A DNA stretch of 63,388 nt, filler included, from Octopus bimaculoides (lineage: Eukaryota): the NCBI RefSeq assembly GCF_001194135.2. It is 4 parts of 4 records of this genome, joined end to end, with 100 filler letters (N's around TTAATTAATTAA, not from the genome) between each part and the next. Parts side by side here need not be neighbours in the genome. Positions count along the whole stretch, not along the records: positions 1 to 19,502 come from NC_068990.1; positions 19,603 to 43,587 come from NC_068988.1; 2 more parts are not named here. One strand, given 5' to 3'. The notes beneath the pieces were generated by a model. It was not told where the DNA came from, made no database searches, and saw only the letters and a program-made list of their open reading frames with translations. Every line of letters starts with the position of its first letter. Within the stretch, counting starts at the first letter, position 1. This document shows, piece after piece, positions 12,061-25,970 of this stretch. The position numbers were made by a program, and so were the translations under genes.

Positions 12061-15000
12061 CTACTATGTGTATCTATGTGTGTCTGAGTATGGGAATGTA
12101 TATGCTTGTGTGAGACCTTATATTAAACAAGTGTTTTCAAATTAATTAAAGAGAGAAAATGTTTTTAGAAAGTAATAATTATTTTATTGAAATCAATGTA
12201 AAAGTTGACATTGTATATCTCTAACAATGTTGATGTAATCAAGTTCATAATTGCTAATTAGTTAAACAGGCAGCCATTGGGATAGTTTTTATTGTTGTTT
12301 TTTGTTATTTTGGTTTAATATAATTTTCACAATAAAAACATATTTCACACATTTCTCTTAATATATAAAAATCTATTGAACATCGTTCAATCGATAGACA
12401 AAATAAATGTTGCTCTGTGATCAACAACTGAAGTTGCCCTGGTCTAGAGCATACCTGCTTACAAGTGTTGTAATAAAGGAACCTGTTATGACTTAAAATG
12501 CTTCATTACATTATCCTCCTCCTCCCCCCACCAGCACGACGACGACCACCAGCACCACCACCATGACCACTATCATCATTATTGTTTCGTATCTGCTAAG
12601 ATGGGCTGGATGCTCATCTTAATACCAAACACTTTACAGAGCGTACTGACTGCTATTTTCATGGCACTAGGCTAGTGAGGTTACTTTGTAGCTTACATGG
12701 TTCAAGAGCCTTCTCTGCTGAAAGGGATGTAGCTTTATACAAGGAGCCGAAAGGTTAAAATTGATAGAAGGGACAGGTGAAGATTTGTTGTTGTGGAGTA
12801 GAATCATGAGTAATTCAGGCATTATATTACAGATAGGTAGGAATAAATGGAGTAGAGCTGGAAAGAAAGAAAGGGAGAGAGAGAGAAAGAGAGAGGGATA
12901 AAATTGGTGGGAATGAGGTGCCAGAGCATACCCTCAAGATACAACAAGAGGAAGAGAAGAAAGCATGGGCACAGAAGATCAGGAAAGTTAGGTAAAGGCT
13001 GCATGAATGATAGAGAGAGAGGGGGAAGTTAGAAATAGAACTGGTGGTGAATGCAGTGAATGGTGAATATACATAGGGTGATTGATGCTAAATATGTGTG
13101 GTGAAGACTGATTAGAGTGAGGAATGAGTGTCAAAAGAAGTGGCTCAGAAGAGAGGGAGTGATGACTGGCTGCATGGAAAGGTTAATGTGTAGTAGAATA
13201 ATACAGGAGATAGAAGAAGGGTGATAAGATGAGTGCGAGAGAGATGAGAGGTAGGGTTTGCAGATAAATGTAGGAAGTGTGTAGGACAGAGTGAGGGTCA
13301 GACAGAGATGGGATGGAGATAAATAGGTATATAAGAGCATCTAGGGGTGAATGTGGTGAGAAGCAAACAAAGGGTGGAGAGCAGTTAATATTACATATGA
13401 GTAGAGTTGATCGTGTTGAGAATGAGGGATGAATGTTGACAGGAGGTGGCTCTGAGAAGAGGATGCAATGACTGGCAGCACAGGGTGGTCACATGTGAGT
13501 AGGAGATGCAATGTTAAGATACGGGGATGGATATCAGATAGATGTGGTTCAAGGGAGAGGAAGTGAATAAAGGTTGTATGAAATGGGGGTGATTATATGA
13601 TATGCTTTCATTTAATTACAGCAGCAGAATAATGCCATAGATAGAAAATTGATGTAGGAATGAATGATAAGGAGATGAAGTCTGTGGAGAAAAAGAAAAA
13701 GTTTTGGTAGAATTTTCTTAGACTTCTTTGTAATTACTAACGAGACTTGGGTTATGTTTCTGAGAAAAAGTGGTTGAGTAGAAAATGTTGATTAACTCCT
13801 GGCTTGCTCTGATCAAGTGTATCAATGTTCAAAGGCATCCCAGTCATAACGATCCCTGGAAAATTCTATGTAGGACTACATTAGATAATGTTTCTTTAGT
13901 GTTTTAAGGTGGTAGGTTATAATTTGAGGGAGATTTAGTTGCTAAACAAAGGTTTTATTTCATGCAATGGGAAAAATGTGACATTGAAATTACATTGGAC
14001 AGGAGATGGATACATCTCAGCAGAGGAGATGCTGTAGCTGTAGTAGTAGTAGTAGTTGTTTTAGTTGTAGTAGCAGTACAACCATAGAGAAAATGACTTC
14101 TTGATATGTGAAGGTAGTTGTAAAAGTTTGGTTAGAAAAGACTTATTAGTCAGGTGTTTGATCTTGAATATAAAGCACAGACTAAAATAAATTAAAATTT
14201 AGTACAGACTACATAACTTAGTACAGACTACATAATTTCGCATAGAAAACCTAATTTAGTACAGATGAAATTATTTAGAAAGAATCAGGTATAATGAAAG
14301 GAAAAATAAATTCTTTGGATACAGCTGAAATGTCACAGTTTGATTCATCTGGGGCATTTTCAATAGGTGAGTAGGAAAATAGCTGAGTAATTACAGGTGA
14401 GTAGGTTAATGGTTGAGTAATTAAAGGTGTGTTGGTAAATGGTCAAGTAATTACAGGCAAGTAGTATGGTAATTTCTACATGTGAGTAGTGTGTTTGTTG
14501 TTTAATCTTAGATCAACGCCAACAGAGCAGGACTTTGATTAAAGACATTCCACCCATGGCCTTCCTGTCTCTTTTAAGTGCATGTAGGATTATTTCATCT
14601 AATATGTCACATCCCTATATATGGCAGTAGAGTGCCTGTTGAGGGACATTTGGCTGCTATTTCTAGCAGGTCAAGAGACCAAGCAATGAAATACAGATAA
14701 AGGCTAAGTGAAATGGAAATAAATTGAAGTTCATTATAGTAATCAATACACCAATTAATGATATCATTATTATTATTACCTTTATAGTGGAATGATGGAA
14801 ATGGTATGTTGGAATATCTGTCTAATAATATTTAGTATAAACTCTCTCTATTGCCATTTTACCACCCCCTCCTGGGGCCAACATTATGTTTCATTTACTC
14901 ACTAGGGCCAATACCATAAATAACCTATTTATGAAAAGGGTACGGTGAGATGGGGTGGCTAAACATTAATACCCTTCCTCTATAAATGTGTGATAGACTG

Positions 15001-15949
15001 CCAATTTAAGAAATTATTATTACTACTATTGTTATGGTCACTAGAACTATTTATGATGTTGTTGTCGTTCTTGTTGTTGTTAATATCAAAGAAAGATTAT
15101 TGTAGTCATCTCACATAAAAGGAATGATTAATAGACGGAATAATATAAATTGCCTATAGAAGCGAAACTTTCTTCAGAGATTGCTGTATTTGCCAGTAAA
15201 GGTATAAAACGTAGGCAAGATAGAGGAGTGGGTGGAGCAAGGTCAACAGTGATATATTATTATCTATTGATAAATATTTCCCCATAAATCTTTGTATCGT
15301 TTGAAAGAAATAAGTAGCCAAGAAAATTGGTTTGAGGCTTCAACCAATTGTCCTCTTTTTGAAACTAATCAAAACCTGGCTGTGCACATGGACACACACA
15401 CATACACACACACGCATGAACAATACCAGTGAACTAATATATTTCAGTATTTACTAGTTTTAATTGCATGAAAAAGAAATAAACCGCATTTAGTAAAAAG
15501 TTGCACATAGGTGTGTCTATACATATATACGTGTGCGTGTATATATATATATGTATGTCCATGAATGAGTGGACAAATGAAAGAAAGTGGTACACAACAC
15601 ATTTGATAGGAGTTACACATAATATTTAATAACAGTTTAAATCAGTTCTATGTACTTTAAAGTTTCATAGGCTCATAGAACAGACCCAGCTCATCAAGCA
15701 TCTGATGACCTACGTTCGTTTTACAAGCCTACTAAACTTTGGGAAAATGCTTTGGAAGATGCTGGGTATAGATTATGTAAGCAGGCTATAGCAGTGTTGG
15801 ATTGTTAAAACTAGGTACAGACTAGACATGAGGTCTATAGTAACACTGCATCTATAAAATTAGGTACAAATTGTATAAGATCATGTTAAACTAGGCATGG
15901 ATTATGTAAGAGGTACTATGGTAACAATATATTAACTGCAAAACATTAA

Positions 15950-18170
15950 CACATTTTATTGACATTGAATACTTGTGGCAAAGTCGTAAAAGCAAAAGGA
16001 TACTCTATTTAGTCTCTCTTAAACTTAAATCTGACATTAAGAACATTAAGAAATCTAAAAATAAAAATATAATTTCTGATAGAATTACAAATCTTTATGG
16101 TATAGAAAATAACATGTATAACTAACTAGTAAATAAAAAACAAAACTATATGAAGACAACAGTACATTGAATATTATTTGCAGTGTGGCGAAAAATATAG
16201 CTCATAAACCTAAATCAGATAATAAATTAGCTGTATGTATAGCATATATCACACTTAAAAGTACTAAAGAGAATTTTTACCTCCAGCCTCAAATGTAGAT
16301 TAATTAACTTCTCTAAAACTGAAATCAGATTAATTAGCAATAAAGTCTTAAGTGCTATTAAAATTATCGTTAAAAACAACCAACCTCCAGTCATGGAATA
16401 AAAACAATAGTTAGTGGATTGATAATATGAAAAATGAAAATATTTTCATATAAATTTACACAATTTGAATTTTATGCCTGCCTCTAAGTCCTTAATTTTC
16501 AGTGACCTAGAATCCATGAACACACACAAAGCAAACTGAAAAAATTACATATCTAATAAAATTTCTGTTTTCCAACAAAGATTTTGCCTAGGCCAGCTTC
16601 TATTGATGTATGGAACCAAATGATTATAAATTCTATGATATTGAAGGATTATATATCCTTGATGCACTAAATCAGAAATTTAACAATAGAAATAGCATTT
16701 GATGGTGGTTTCTCATATCTGAGAAAGATGGTTCTGCAACTTCCTGTTGAACAACCTGCATGGATGATTTATTTATAGTGATTAAATGTTTGGGCTGTAC
16801 ATGATCTCACCTCCTCCATCAAGTTGACATTACCTATTCAGGTGCACAGTATGTCACAAGTCACATGTTGAAGTGATGGTAGATCAATGTGAAATTGAAT
16901 GTTTTGTTCAAGACCACAATGCACTGCCCAGTCCAGGAATCAAAACCATGATCTTGCAATCATGCGGGTAATACATTAACCATTAGGCCATACACCTATA
17001 TAGGAGTAATGCAGTAGTTAAAAGCTAATAAGACAATAGACACATCATCATTGTTTAGCATCCTCTTTCCATGCTAGCTTAGGCTGGGTGGTTTGACATG
17101 GAGCTGGTTACCAGGGAGATGTCCAGACTCCATCTGTCTGTTGTGGCATGGTTTCTATGGATGGACGCCCTCCCTAATGTCAACCACTAATCAAAGTGTG
17201 CTGGGTGTTTTTAATGTGTCACCAGCAGGGGTGCATTAATGCAGCACTAGTACAGGTGCTTTTTAAGTAGCATGGGTACATGAGGGACAAGCTTGTATGT
17301 GTGGAAGACAGCGATTTTACTTAGCCTGATGTGTCTTATCAAATACAGCAAATCGCCACATCTAATCACTTGTCATTTCCTCAGCGAGGCCCAGAGTCTG
17401 AAGATCCTTTCTCACCACTTCATCTCACATCTTCCTGGATCTACCCCTCCAAAATTAGAGCTCAGCACTTCCTCATGCAGCTAAGAAAAGGTCTTATTAA
17501 TATCTTCAATAATTTTTACCTAAAAATAGCAATTTGTATATGCCATCTCAAGCTAAAAAGAAACACTATCAACATCATCTGCTTTACATCTCCTTTTTCA
17601 ATAAACATTGAGTTCAACATTAACAATTCCCTTGTCTTAATCTTGATACTTCTCTATTAACCATAGCCACAGAAAATTATTTAGTGTGAACAGTGTTAAA
17701 CTGAGTTGTAGTTGCACCACCCATATGAAAATCTAAGAGCTCATAAATTTTTCAAAATAATTGAGAACAACTGTATATGTAAGTAAGACTAACTTATGCC
17801 CACTAAACCTGTCATTTAATACTGAAGCAAATATATATAAAGCAGAAACCATCTCTACCAAGCCAAATCTTGATGTAGTTTGGAAACAATGTATAGGTGT
17901 GGTACAACATATATTTAAACAATAATACTTAAATAATACCTCATCAGATACAGCAAAAAGAAGAGTGTTAAAACAGCCCAATTACATCTGGAATTTGAAA
18001 GATTATGTGACTGATTTATCATCAAGTAGATATTAGAGAAATAGATGCCATAACACTGGGAATAAAAGATGTGATTTATGTACAGCTGAGAAGAGATTCA
18101 GCCTCAGAAACACTCACAATCCTGCTGATTATATAAACCAAGGTCTGAAATTTTTACAAAGAAAAGCCTC
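15950..18170 (+). mobile_element. Decayed Penelope-like element ORF (RT plus GIY-YIG), interrupted by SINE/RTE insertions at about 16.8-17.5 kb
   Basis: Fragments in colinear order: SDIKNIKKSK...DRITNLY, ITLKSTKENF, KCRLINFSKTEIRLISNK (16291), GLYILDALNQKF (16646), RNTINIICFTSPFS, SVKLSCSC, IYKA...CIG, YIWNLKD (17982), NKRCDLCTAEK (18061). These match PLE RT and endonuclease motifs. Confidence 0.75.
17040..17290 (-). mobile_element. Diverged RTE 3' tail
   Basis: CATCATCATTGTTTAGCATCCTCTTTCCATGCTAGC...GGATGGACGCCCTCCCTAATG. Confidence 0.65.
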
Positions 18171-19149
18171 TATTAAGAGCAAGATAAGTCACTACAGCAG
18201 TGATGAGATTGACTTGCATTATTGATTCCAGCTCTTTGTACTTTGAGTTCAAATTCTGTTAGGGTAAATTTTCTTTCCATTATTTTGGGTATTGATATGG
18301 TATTGATATAGTACTGATGCTGATATTACCTCTTTCTCTCTCGTTCTCTGGAAAAAAATTGGCTGTTTTAGACCTGGAGATGGGATGGACTCTCCCAGGT
18401 CTAAAATGTACAACATGCTCTATAACAATACGGTGAGGAGTTGAGGATTCATACAAGGAAAAAAGGATGGCTCAAAAATCTAAACATACACCTGCACTTC
18501 ACATCATATCTTGAGACATAATTAAGCATTTTCTTTTACCCCTGAACACATTTCCTATGCTTAATATTTACGGAAAAAAATATATATGTTACTTTTGTGT
18601 ACACAGGTATGTATATAACTTCATACATATACAAACAAATAAATGTGTATGTGCATGTGGCCATCAACTCCTCTCCCTTCAGCTACAATTATTGACATTC
18701 AACCCTCATTTTTATCACCTCCTCCCACTCCTATTTACCTTGCCCATTCCTCCATCATTTTTCACTATTAACTATTCATCCCGACCCCCATCCCAAACCC
18801 TCTCCCTCCCTCTCCTCCCACACTCTTGCACCCTTTACTTGTCCAACCTTTCTGATCTTTCGACCTCACCTTTTATTCACCTTCTTTGAGGCTCTGATAC
18901 CTTATTACCCCCCAATCTTTTTCTATCGCTTCCCATTTTCTCTCTTTCCAGTTCCATCGAATAACCCTCACCTACCCTTAATATAATGCAGAGTAGCCAT
19001 TTATCATCTGTATACCAACAAACCTGTTCCTGTCCTTTCTTCCATGCTTTAACCTTTCAACACCTAGCATAAATCTGCCTCCTTCTCTACGATCTCCCTA
19101 GTCAGTTGAAAGGGGGATTTTAGACTTGTGAATTCCGTGGGACTTTCAC

Positions 19150-19502
19150 TAGTGCTGGTGCCTCAAAAAAAAAAAAATCAAATAAAAATATCATCCAGAA
19201 CATTCTGTAAAGTGGTTGACATTCAAAAGAAAATCCACAGAAGAAACCATGTCAAAGCAGACATTGGAGCATGATGCAGTCCTCCAACACATGATATCCT
19301 TCCAAACTGTCCATGCTTGTATAGAAGACAAGCATTAAATGATGATGATTGACGACGATGATGATGATGATGATTGTGTGTGTGTGTATATATCATCATC
19401 ATCATCATCGTTTAACGTCCACTTTCCATGCTAGCATGGGTTGGATGATTTGACTGAGGACTGGTGAAACTGGATGGCAACACCAGGCTCCAATCTAAAT
19501 TT
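19150..19502. mobile_element. Two RTE 3' tails arranged tail-to-tail (plus, then minus)
   Basis: Plus copy ends in (GAT)n at about 19370; the young minus copy CATCATCGTTTAACGTCCACTTTCCATGCTAGCATGG runs into the gap. Confidence 0.7.
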
Positions 19503-19546
19503 NNNNNNNNNNNNNNNNNNNNNNNNNNNNNNNNNNNNNNNNNNNN

Positions 19547-19558
19547 TTAATTAATTAA
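19547..19558. other. Artificial scaffold-join linker TTAATTAATTAA inside a 100-nt N44-linker-N44 gap (also 43632-43643 and 59773-59784)
   Basis: Identical layout three times; the 12-mer has stop codons in all six frames. Confidence 0.9.
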
Positions 19559-20255
19559 NNNNNNNNNNNNNNNNNNNNNNNNNNNNNNNNNNNNNNNNNN
19601 NNGATGGTGGTGGTGGTGGTGGTGGTGGTGGTGGTGGTGGTAGTATCAGTGATGGTTAGAGATGACATGTGGTAATGACAAGAAGTGACATGTGGTGGTG
19701 GTGGTGGTGGGAGGATGACATGTGGTGGTGGTGGTGGTAGGAGGATGACATGTAGTGATGGGGAGAAGATATACAGGAGACATGTGATGTTGGTGAGAGG
19801 AGACTTGGAGTGATGGGGAGAGGAGAGGAGACAGGGTAATGTGGAGACAGAAGATGTGGGTTAATGGGGAGAGGAGACGTGGTGCTGACAGGACACATGT
19901 GGTGTTGGGGAAAGGAGACATGTGGTGTTGGTGAGAGGAGGCATGTAGTGATGACAGGAGACATGTGGTATCAGTAAGAGCAAACCTGATGATGGTGAGA
20001 GATGTTGGTTGATGGTGAGAGGAGACATGTGGGGGTGATAGGGAGAGGTGACCTGGTCACTGGGGGGGGGGAAGATATGTGATGGTGAGGAATGAAAGAG
20101 AGATATAGTGATAGGGGAGAGGAGGAGGAGGAGGCAGTGTTTTGGGATGATTATAGTGATTGGCAAAGAAAGGTGGGGGGAGGAGTCGATAGATTATGAG
20201 ATGATGTTAAGATTGAAGTATGGACATCAATAGGATGCATTTCAAAGGATGGACG

Positions 20256-20299
<44 letters not shown>

Positions 20300-20565
20300 T
20301 GTGTATATATATGTGTGTGTGTATATATGTGTCTGTGTAAATATATGTGTGTGTATATGTATGCATGTGTGTGTATATGTGTGCATGTATATATATGTGC
20401 ATGTGTGCATGTATATATGTGTGTGTATATATGTGTGTGTATATATGTGTGTATATATATATATGTGTGTGTGTATATATATGTGTGTGTATATGTGTGT
20501 GTGTATATATGTGTGTGTATATGTGTGTGTATATATGTGTGTGTGTGTATGTATATTTATATATG

Positions 20566-20600
<35 letters not shown>

Positions 20601-20601
20601 C

Positions 20602-20763
20602 TGGCACAGGCATGGCTGTGTGGTAAGAAGTTTGCTTCCCAACCACATTGTTCCAGGTTCAGTCCTACTTGGTGGCAGCTTAGGCAAATGTCTTCTACTA
20701 TAGCCTCAGAACAACCAAAGTTGTGTGAGTGGATTTGTTAGATGGAAACTGAAAGAAGCCTGT

Positions 20764-20796
<33 letters not shown>

Positions 20797-21232
20797 ATTT
20801 GTTTGTCCCCCCCCACCATTGCTTAACTGATGTTGGTGTGTGTTTATGTCCCCATAACTTAACCGTTCGGTAAAAAGTGATCGATAGTATACATACTAGG
20901 CTTACAAAAATAAGTCCTGGGATTCATTTTTTCAACTAAAGGTGGTGCTCCAGCATGGTCGCAGTCAAAGGACTGAAACAAATAAAACAATAAAAGAATA
21001 TATATATAGATAAATAGTCTTTTACTTGTTTCAGTCATTTGACTGTGGCCATGCTGGAGCACCACCTTTAGTCGAGCAAATCAACCCCAGGACTTATTCT
21101 TTGTAAGCCTAGTACTTATTCTATCGGTTTCTTTTGCTGAACCGCTAAGTTATGGGAATGTAAACACTCCAGCATCGGTTGTCAAGCGATGTTGGGGGAA
21201 CAAACACACACACACAAATACATACACACACA
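20602..21232. mobile_element. SINE family B: full plus copy (20602-20998) and inverted minus tail (21018-21232)
   Basis: Head GGCATGGCTGTGTGGTAAGAAGTTTGCTTCCCAACCAC, CORE-like (C)TT(G/A)GGCAA(G/A)TGTCTT, internal (TG)n, tail ending GACTGAAACAA.TAAAA. Confidence 0.85.
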
Positions 21233-21477
21233 CACAGTGATAGTGATCAAATGTATGTGCTGTGCATTAGCTTACTCCCTCCATCAAATCAACGTTACCT
21301 GAACAGGTGCATGGTGTGCCACGCATCAGGTGCTGAAGTGATCGCAAAGCAATGCGAAATGAATTGTTTTACTCGAAAACATAACATACCATCTGGTCTA
21401 GGAATTGAAACCACGATCTTGTGATCATTAGCGCATTATCCTAACCACCAGGCCATGTCCCCCTCCCCCCACACACA

Positions 21478-24155
21478 CATGTATACCTCACCCTACCTCA
21501 TTAATTGGTTCCAGGAGACACAGCTTAAGTTGAAAAATGACTCAAGTTGAATTAACTTGTCTCCAGGCTAGGCCAGGCCAAATTTACTTGTCTCTAGGCT
21601 AAACCAATAATAACCATTCCCAGTTTTGTATTTTATTTATGAATGCATTTTCAATAATACATGGTTAATAAAAACTTATTTTAAGCTTACAAAGAAACAA
21701 TTTTTATTTTTTTTAATACAGTGCAGTAAGAAAAAACGTAATCTAAATTTACAAATACAATTTGGCTGTGTTTATCATACATCACAGTTGCTTTATTTAT
21801 GAACGCGGCTTGCAATAAGACATGTTAAAATAAAAACCTTTTTTAAGCTTAAAAAACAAATTCAGTAATTATTATTATTTTGCAATAGTAAAAAAGCTAA
21901 ATTATTTTAAATCTATCAATACATACATACATACAATTTGGTGGTCTACATCGCGGATGTAGATGGCTGTGGATCGCCAACATCAACAGCTGACTCTGGC
22001 TGTTCTTGTTGTTCGATACGCTCAAAAAACCGGTTGAGAGTTCCTTGAACTGTCTTCTTTTCCTCAAGGTTTACATTATAAGGAGCAAAAGCTTCATGAC
22101 AATTCCCCATAATCTTGAAAAAGTGTTGAGCATTTGGATCCATATCCTTGAACATAAAAAGACCTTTTTCGATACATGCAAATGCTTGCTGCATTTTCTT
22201 AATGGTAAAGTGACGTGGTTCAGGTTCGACTTCCTCTTCTTTACTTTGCTGCTCGTGAANNNNNNNNNNTAATGGTAAAGTGACGTGGTTCAGGTTCGAC
22301 TTCCTCTTCTTTACTTTGCTGCTCGTGAAGCTCTGTCAAATCCTCGTTCGTCGGGGACTGCTTCTCTTTTTCAAATAAATCCGTGAAATCCTCCTCCTCC
22401 AAATCCATTTCCAGTTCTTTGCTCATAATCACCAACGTTTTGTTGATGGCAACATTATCAAACCCTTTAAAATCATTCATGAATTGCGGGCAAAGCTTCT
22501 TCCATATACCATTCATAGCCGTGCTCTGTACATCATTCCATGCCACTGCTATGTTCTGTACAGCCTTGTAGATTACGTATCTCTTCCAAAAGTCACAAAG
22601 TATGATGGACTCGTCAAGATCAGTTGCAGCTATTGCTTGCCACAGCGTACGCTTCATATAGTTACGCTTGAAGATAGCAATTATTCCCTGATCTGTTGGC
22701 TGCAGAAGAGACGTGGTGTTCGGAGTGAGGTATACGATGGTAACGTTGGGTCAAAATCTACAATGTTTTGCAGGTGGCCAGGAGCATTATCTAAAGTAAA
22801 TAAAACCTTAAAAGGAATCTGTTTCTCCATACAGTACTTCTCTACTGCTGGGATAAAATGATTGAAGAGCCAATCTTCAAAAGCAACAACAGTAACCCAA
22901 GCTTTTGAATTAGCCATCCATATAACAGGGAGAAATGCCTTGGGTATGTTCTTCAGGGCACGAGGGTTGTGTGCATGATACACAAGCAATGGCTTTAACT
23001 TAAAATCTCCTGCACAATTATCTCCCAACATAATAGTCACACGTTATTTTGAGACCTTGTAGTTTTCTCCTTTTCTCCTCTTCGGAAATGAATGAACGGT
23101 CTGGCAATCTTTCCAATACAATTCAGTTTCGTCTTCATCAAAAATCTTTTTTCGGGAAGAAACCCGTTTTCTTCGATGATTTTCTTTAATGCATTAGGAA
23201 ATTCCGCTGCTGTTTGTTCGTCAGTTGATGCACTTTCACCTTGCTTCTTAATGGAGTGATAACTTCTTCACTCCTTAAATCTCATAAACCATCCTTGACT
23301 TGCCTTGAACTCTACATCTTCCTCATCTGGATATTTTTTCTTCAGGTCCTCAAAGACAACACTTTCTCTTGAATGATTTCTTGACTAATAGTAGCACGCT
23401 GACGATTCAACCTAACAATCTAAAAAGAAAGAAGACTTTCCATTTCTTCAAAGATTTTCCTTCTTTTCTTATTGATGACAGTGTTCTTCATCCCTGGGGT
23501 TTTGGATTTGATATGTACTAAAATCTTGTCCTTATTATGTACAATTGTCGATACAGTTGTCTGACTCATCCCAAAAGATAGTGCAATTACTATCACTTTT
23601 TCACTTTTTTCAAGGCATTTTATTATAACCAGTCTATCTTCCAGCATTATAGCATGATGCTTAGCACTTTCACTGTGAATTTTCTTAGGAGCCATGGGGG
23701 CAAAAAATAAAGTCACAAATGAATGAGAATGAGAAAGTAGTCGATAAGCAAATCTGAATTCAAAACAATCGCTGGAATCGCGAGTGACAACGACGCCTAA
23801 TGGTAGATATTGGAACTACAGTGCAATATGAGTTCCGAAAGACCAATAAATAAGACAACACAGCTGATTTCATGATTTCGTTTACTAAACTACACTACTT
23901 TGTGGTGTGTATCTTAACATTTACTGTACGTATTTTAATATGGTTTTATATGCTTTTATTCTTATTTATTATACATTAACATGATTTTTTTAACAGTTTT
24001 CTAGCAATTTTATGATTCCAATATTTGTGGCAGACAGACGTAAAGTCAAGTAAAATGACTTAACTTAATTTTTATTTTTCCATATATTATTTTTGAGAAC
24101 CGATGTATAATCGAGAAGGACTTAAATCAAAATGACTTAAGCTGAGGTATGCCTG
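21478..24155 (-). mobile_element. Near full-length Tigger/pogo DNA transposon with a disrupted transposase
   Basis: TIR CAGGCATACCTCA at 24143-24155 (followed by TA) and degenerate CATGTATACCTCA at 21478-21490. CENP-B-type HTH (23420-23716), then FKASQGWF, DEDETELYW, LDNAPGH and QPTDQGII (all three catalytic Asp present), with several frameshifts and stops. Confidence 0.92.
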
Positions 24156-24499
24156 TATATATATATATAGAAATATGTATATTTGTGTGTGTGTGTGTAG
24201 TGTATATACATTAAATTGCCATGGTTTCATAAGTTGAGGAGAGAAAGAAAGCTGTGTATCTAATAGTGGTGTGGAGATAGATTGAGAGAGATGGAAATAA
24301 AAATATCGACAGATAGATAAATAGGATGCGAGAGTGATTGTGATTTTATTTATATATATATATATAAACACACACATATATACATATATATACATATATA
24401 AGGAGAGAGAGAGAAAAGTGGAATATTAATTCACACACATACATATATATATATATAGCTGGAGGTATAGAGTCAGAAAGAAAGAAAAGTATTTATGTT

Positions 24500-24542
<43 letters not shown>

Positions 24543-25379
24543 GGAAGATAGTTGATATAGAGATATAAGGAAATAGACAGATCGATAGGTAGAGAGAGAG
24601 AGATATTTGGAGACAGAGAGACAGAAAGGGATAGATGGAAGAGTGTCTCCAAGACAGGCTGCTTAAAGTACACTTTACCTTTAGTTGATTAAAAGCAAGT
24701 GGACAGTCTACAACAAAATATCAGAGAGCAAGTAACTGGATTGAACTAGTAAATGTCTTCTTTAATCTAATTTCTTCTTTGATTTCTCCATGCTTACAAA
24801 TTTACCGTTGTCGTCATTGTTGTTGTTGTTGCTGTTGAAATCTGATTGAGTTGACCTATCACTTTCCACTTATGACCATCTCATCTTACATTCAAAACTA
24901 TTACTTCAATTGTGTTAGGGTCATGTTTAAAGTGAATTTGGCCAGAAGGACACAGTGAATAGCTGATGTTGATTTATTCGGCGGTGAGTGTCATGGTTGG
25001 GATGTTTTTATTCATAGGTCCCTGCTTGACTATGGTCTGACCTGGGATTAAGGAACGATAATAAAGGAGGCACCCATGTTGTCAATTCATCTGGTAGAAA
25101 TAGCAGCTAAATTTTCTCACCGTGTTGTTTGTCAAGCAGACTTTATGTAGGTCTGGTATGTTCTATCCAACATACCATCTTCCTAGATAACAATTTAAGG
25201 GGTTGCTGAATGGTTTTCTGGTTCAAAAATACCTCCTGCAATTTAGACGGTTTCATGTTAGTTGGCCCTTATATGAATAGATCAATCCAATATGGTCAGA
25301 CATATACAACACAACCCCTACTCTTACTCATGGTAAGAAATCTTACTATAATGGGGTCCTACATAACTGCAAAAGTATA

Positions 25380-25730
25380 AAGGGTAAAGACTCCCTTCAG
25401 TCATGAATGACCATGGGATTGCACCTAGAAAGTTCCCCTCCAAGGTACAAGTCTGGGAAAGGTTGTTTTATGGAAGACTAGCAGTCGCCCATGCATACCA
25501 GCCTCTCCTTCCCCTCCATGCCACCGGTATTATCCAAGGGAAAGGCAAAGGCCGATACAGCTAGGCACCAGTGACGTCGCAACTTATTTCTACAGCTAAG
25601 TGAACTGGAGCAACGTGAAATAAAATGTCTTGCTCAAGAATTCAACACACAGTCTTTTCTGGGAATCGAACTCACTATCACATGAATGTAAGCCTGATGC
25701 TCTAACCACTGAGCTATGTGCCTTCACATT
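25380..25730 (-). mobile_element. tRNA-derived SINE family E
   Basis: Minus-strand head GTGAAGGCACATAGCTCAGTGGTTAGAGCATCAGG...GAGTTCGATTCCC; related head at 39290-39390 (plus). Confidence 0.75.
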
Positions 25731-25787
25731 GCGAAAGTATACTCTCAGCATTACCTGTCATATGACAGGTAACATTCTTGTATATAA

Positions 25788-25970
25788 TACCATATTTGAT
25801 AACTTATAAGACATGCATGTTCTCAAAAGCATGCCTCAAAAAAAAAAAAACTCACACCGAAGTTGGCCCTCATGCATTAATGCAGTAAAAACTCTTTTCC
25901 TAATGATGCTCTGCTGAAATTGGGGTGCATCTTATATGCCTGTGTGTCTTATATGCTATTAAACATGGTT
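25788..25970. mobile_element. Small degenerate TACCGTA-type (pogo/Tc2-like) MITE
   Basis: TACCATATTT...TATAAGACA at the left and TGTCTTATA...AAACATGGTTA at the right. Confidence 0.5.

Noticed and set aside
19547-19558. TTAATTAATTAA palindrome as a regulatory or PacI-type site
   Set aside because: Synthetic gap linker.
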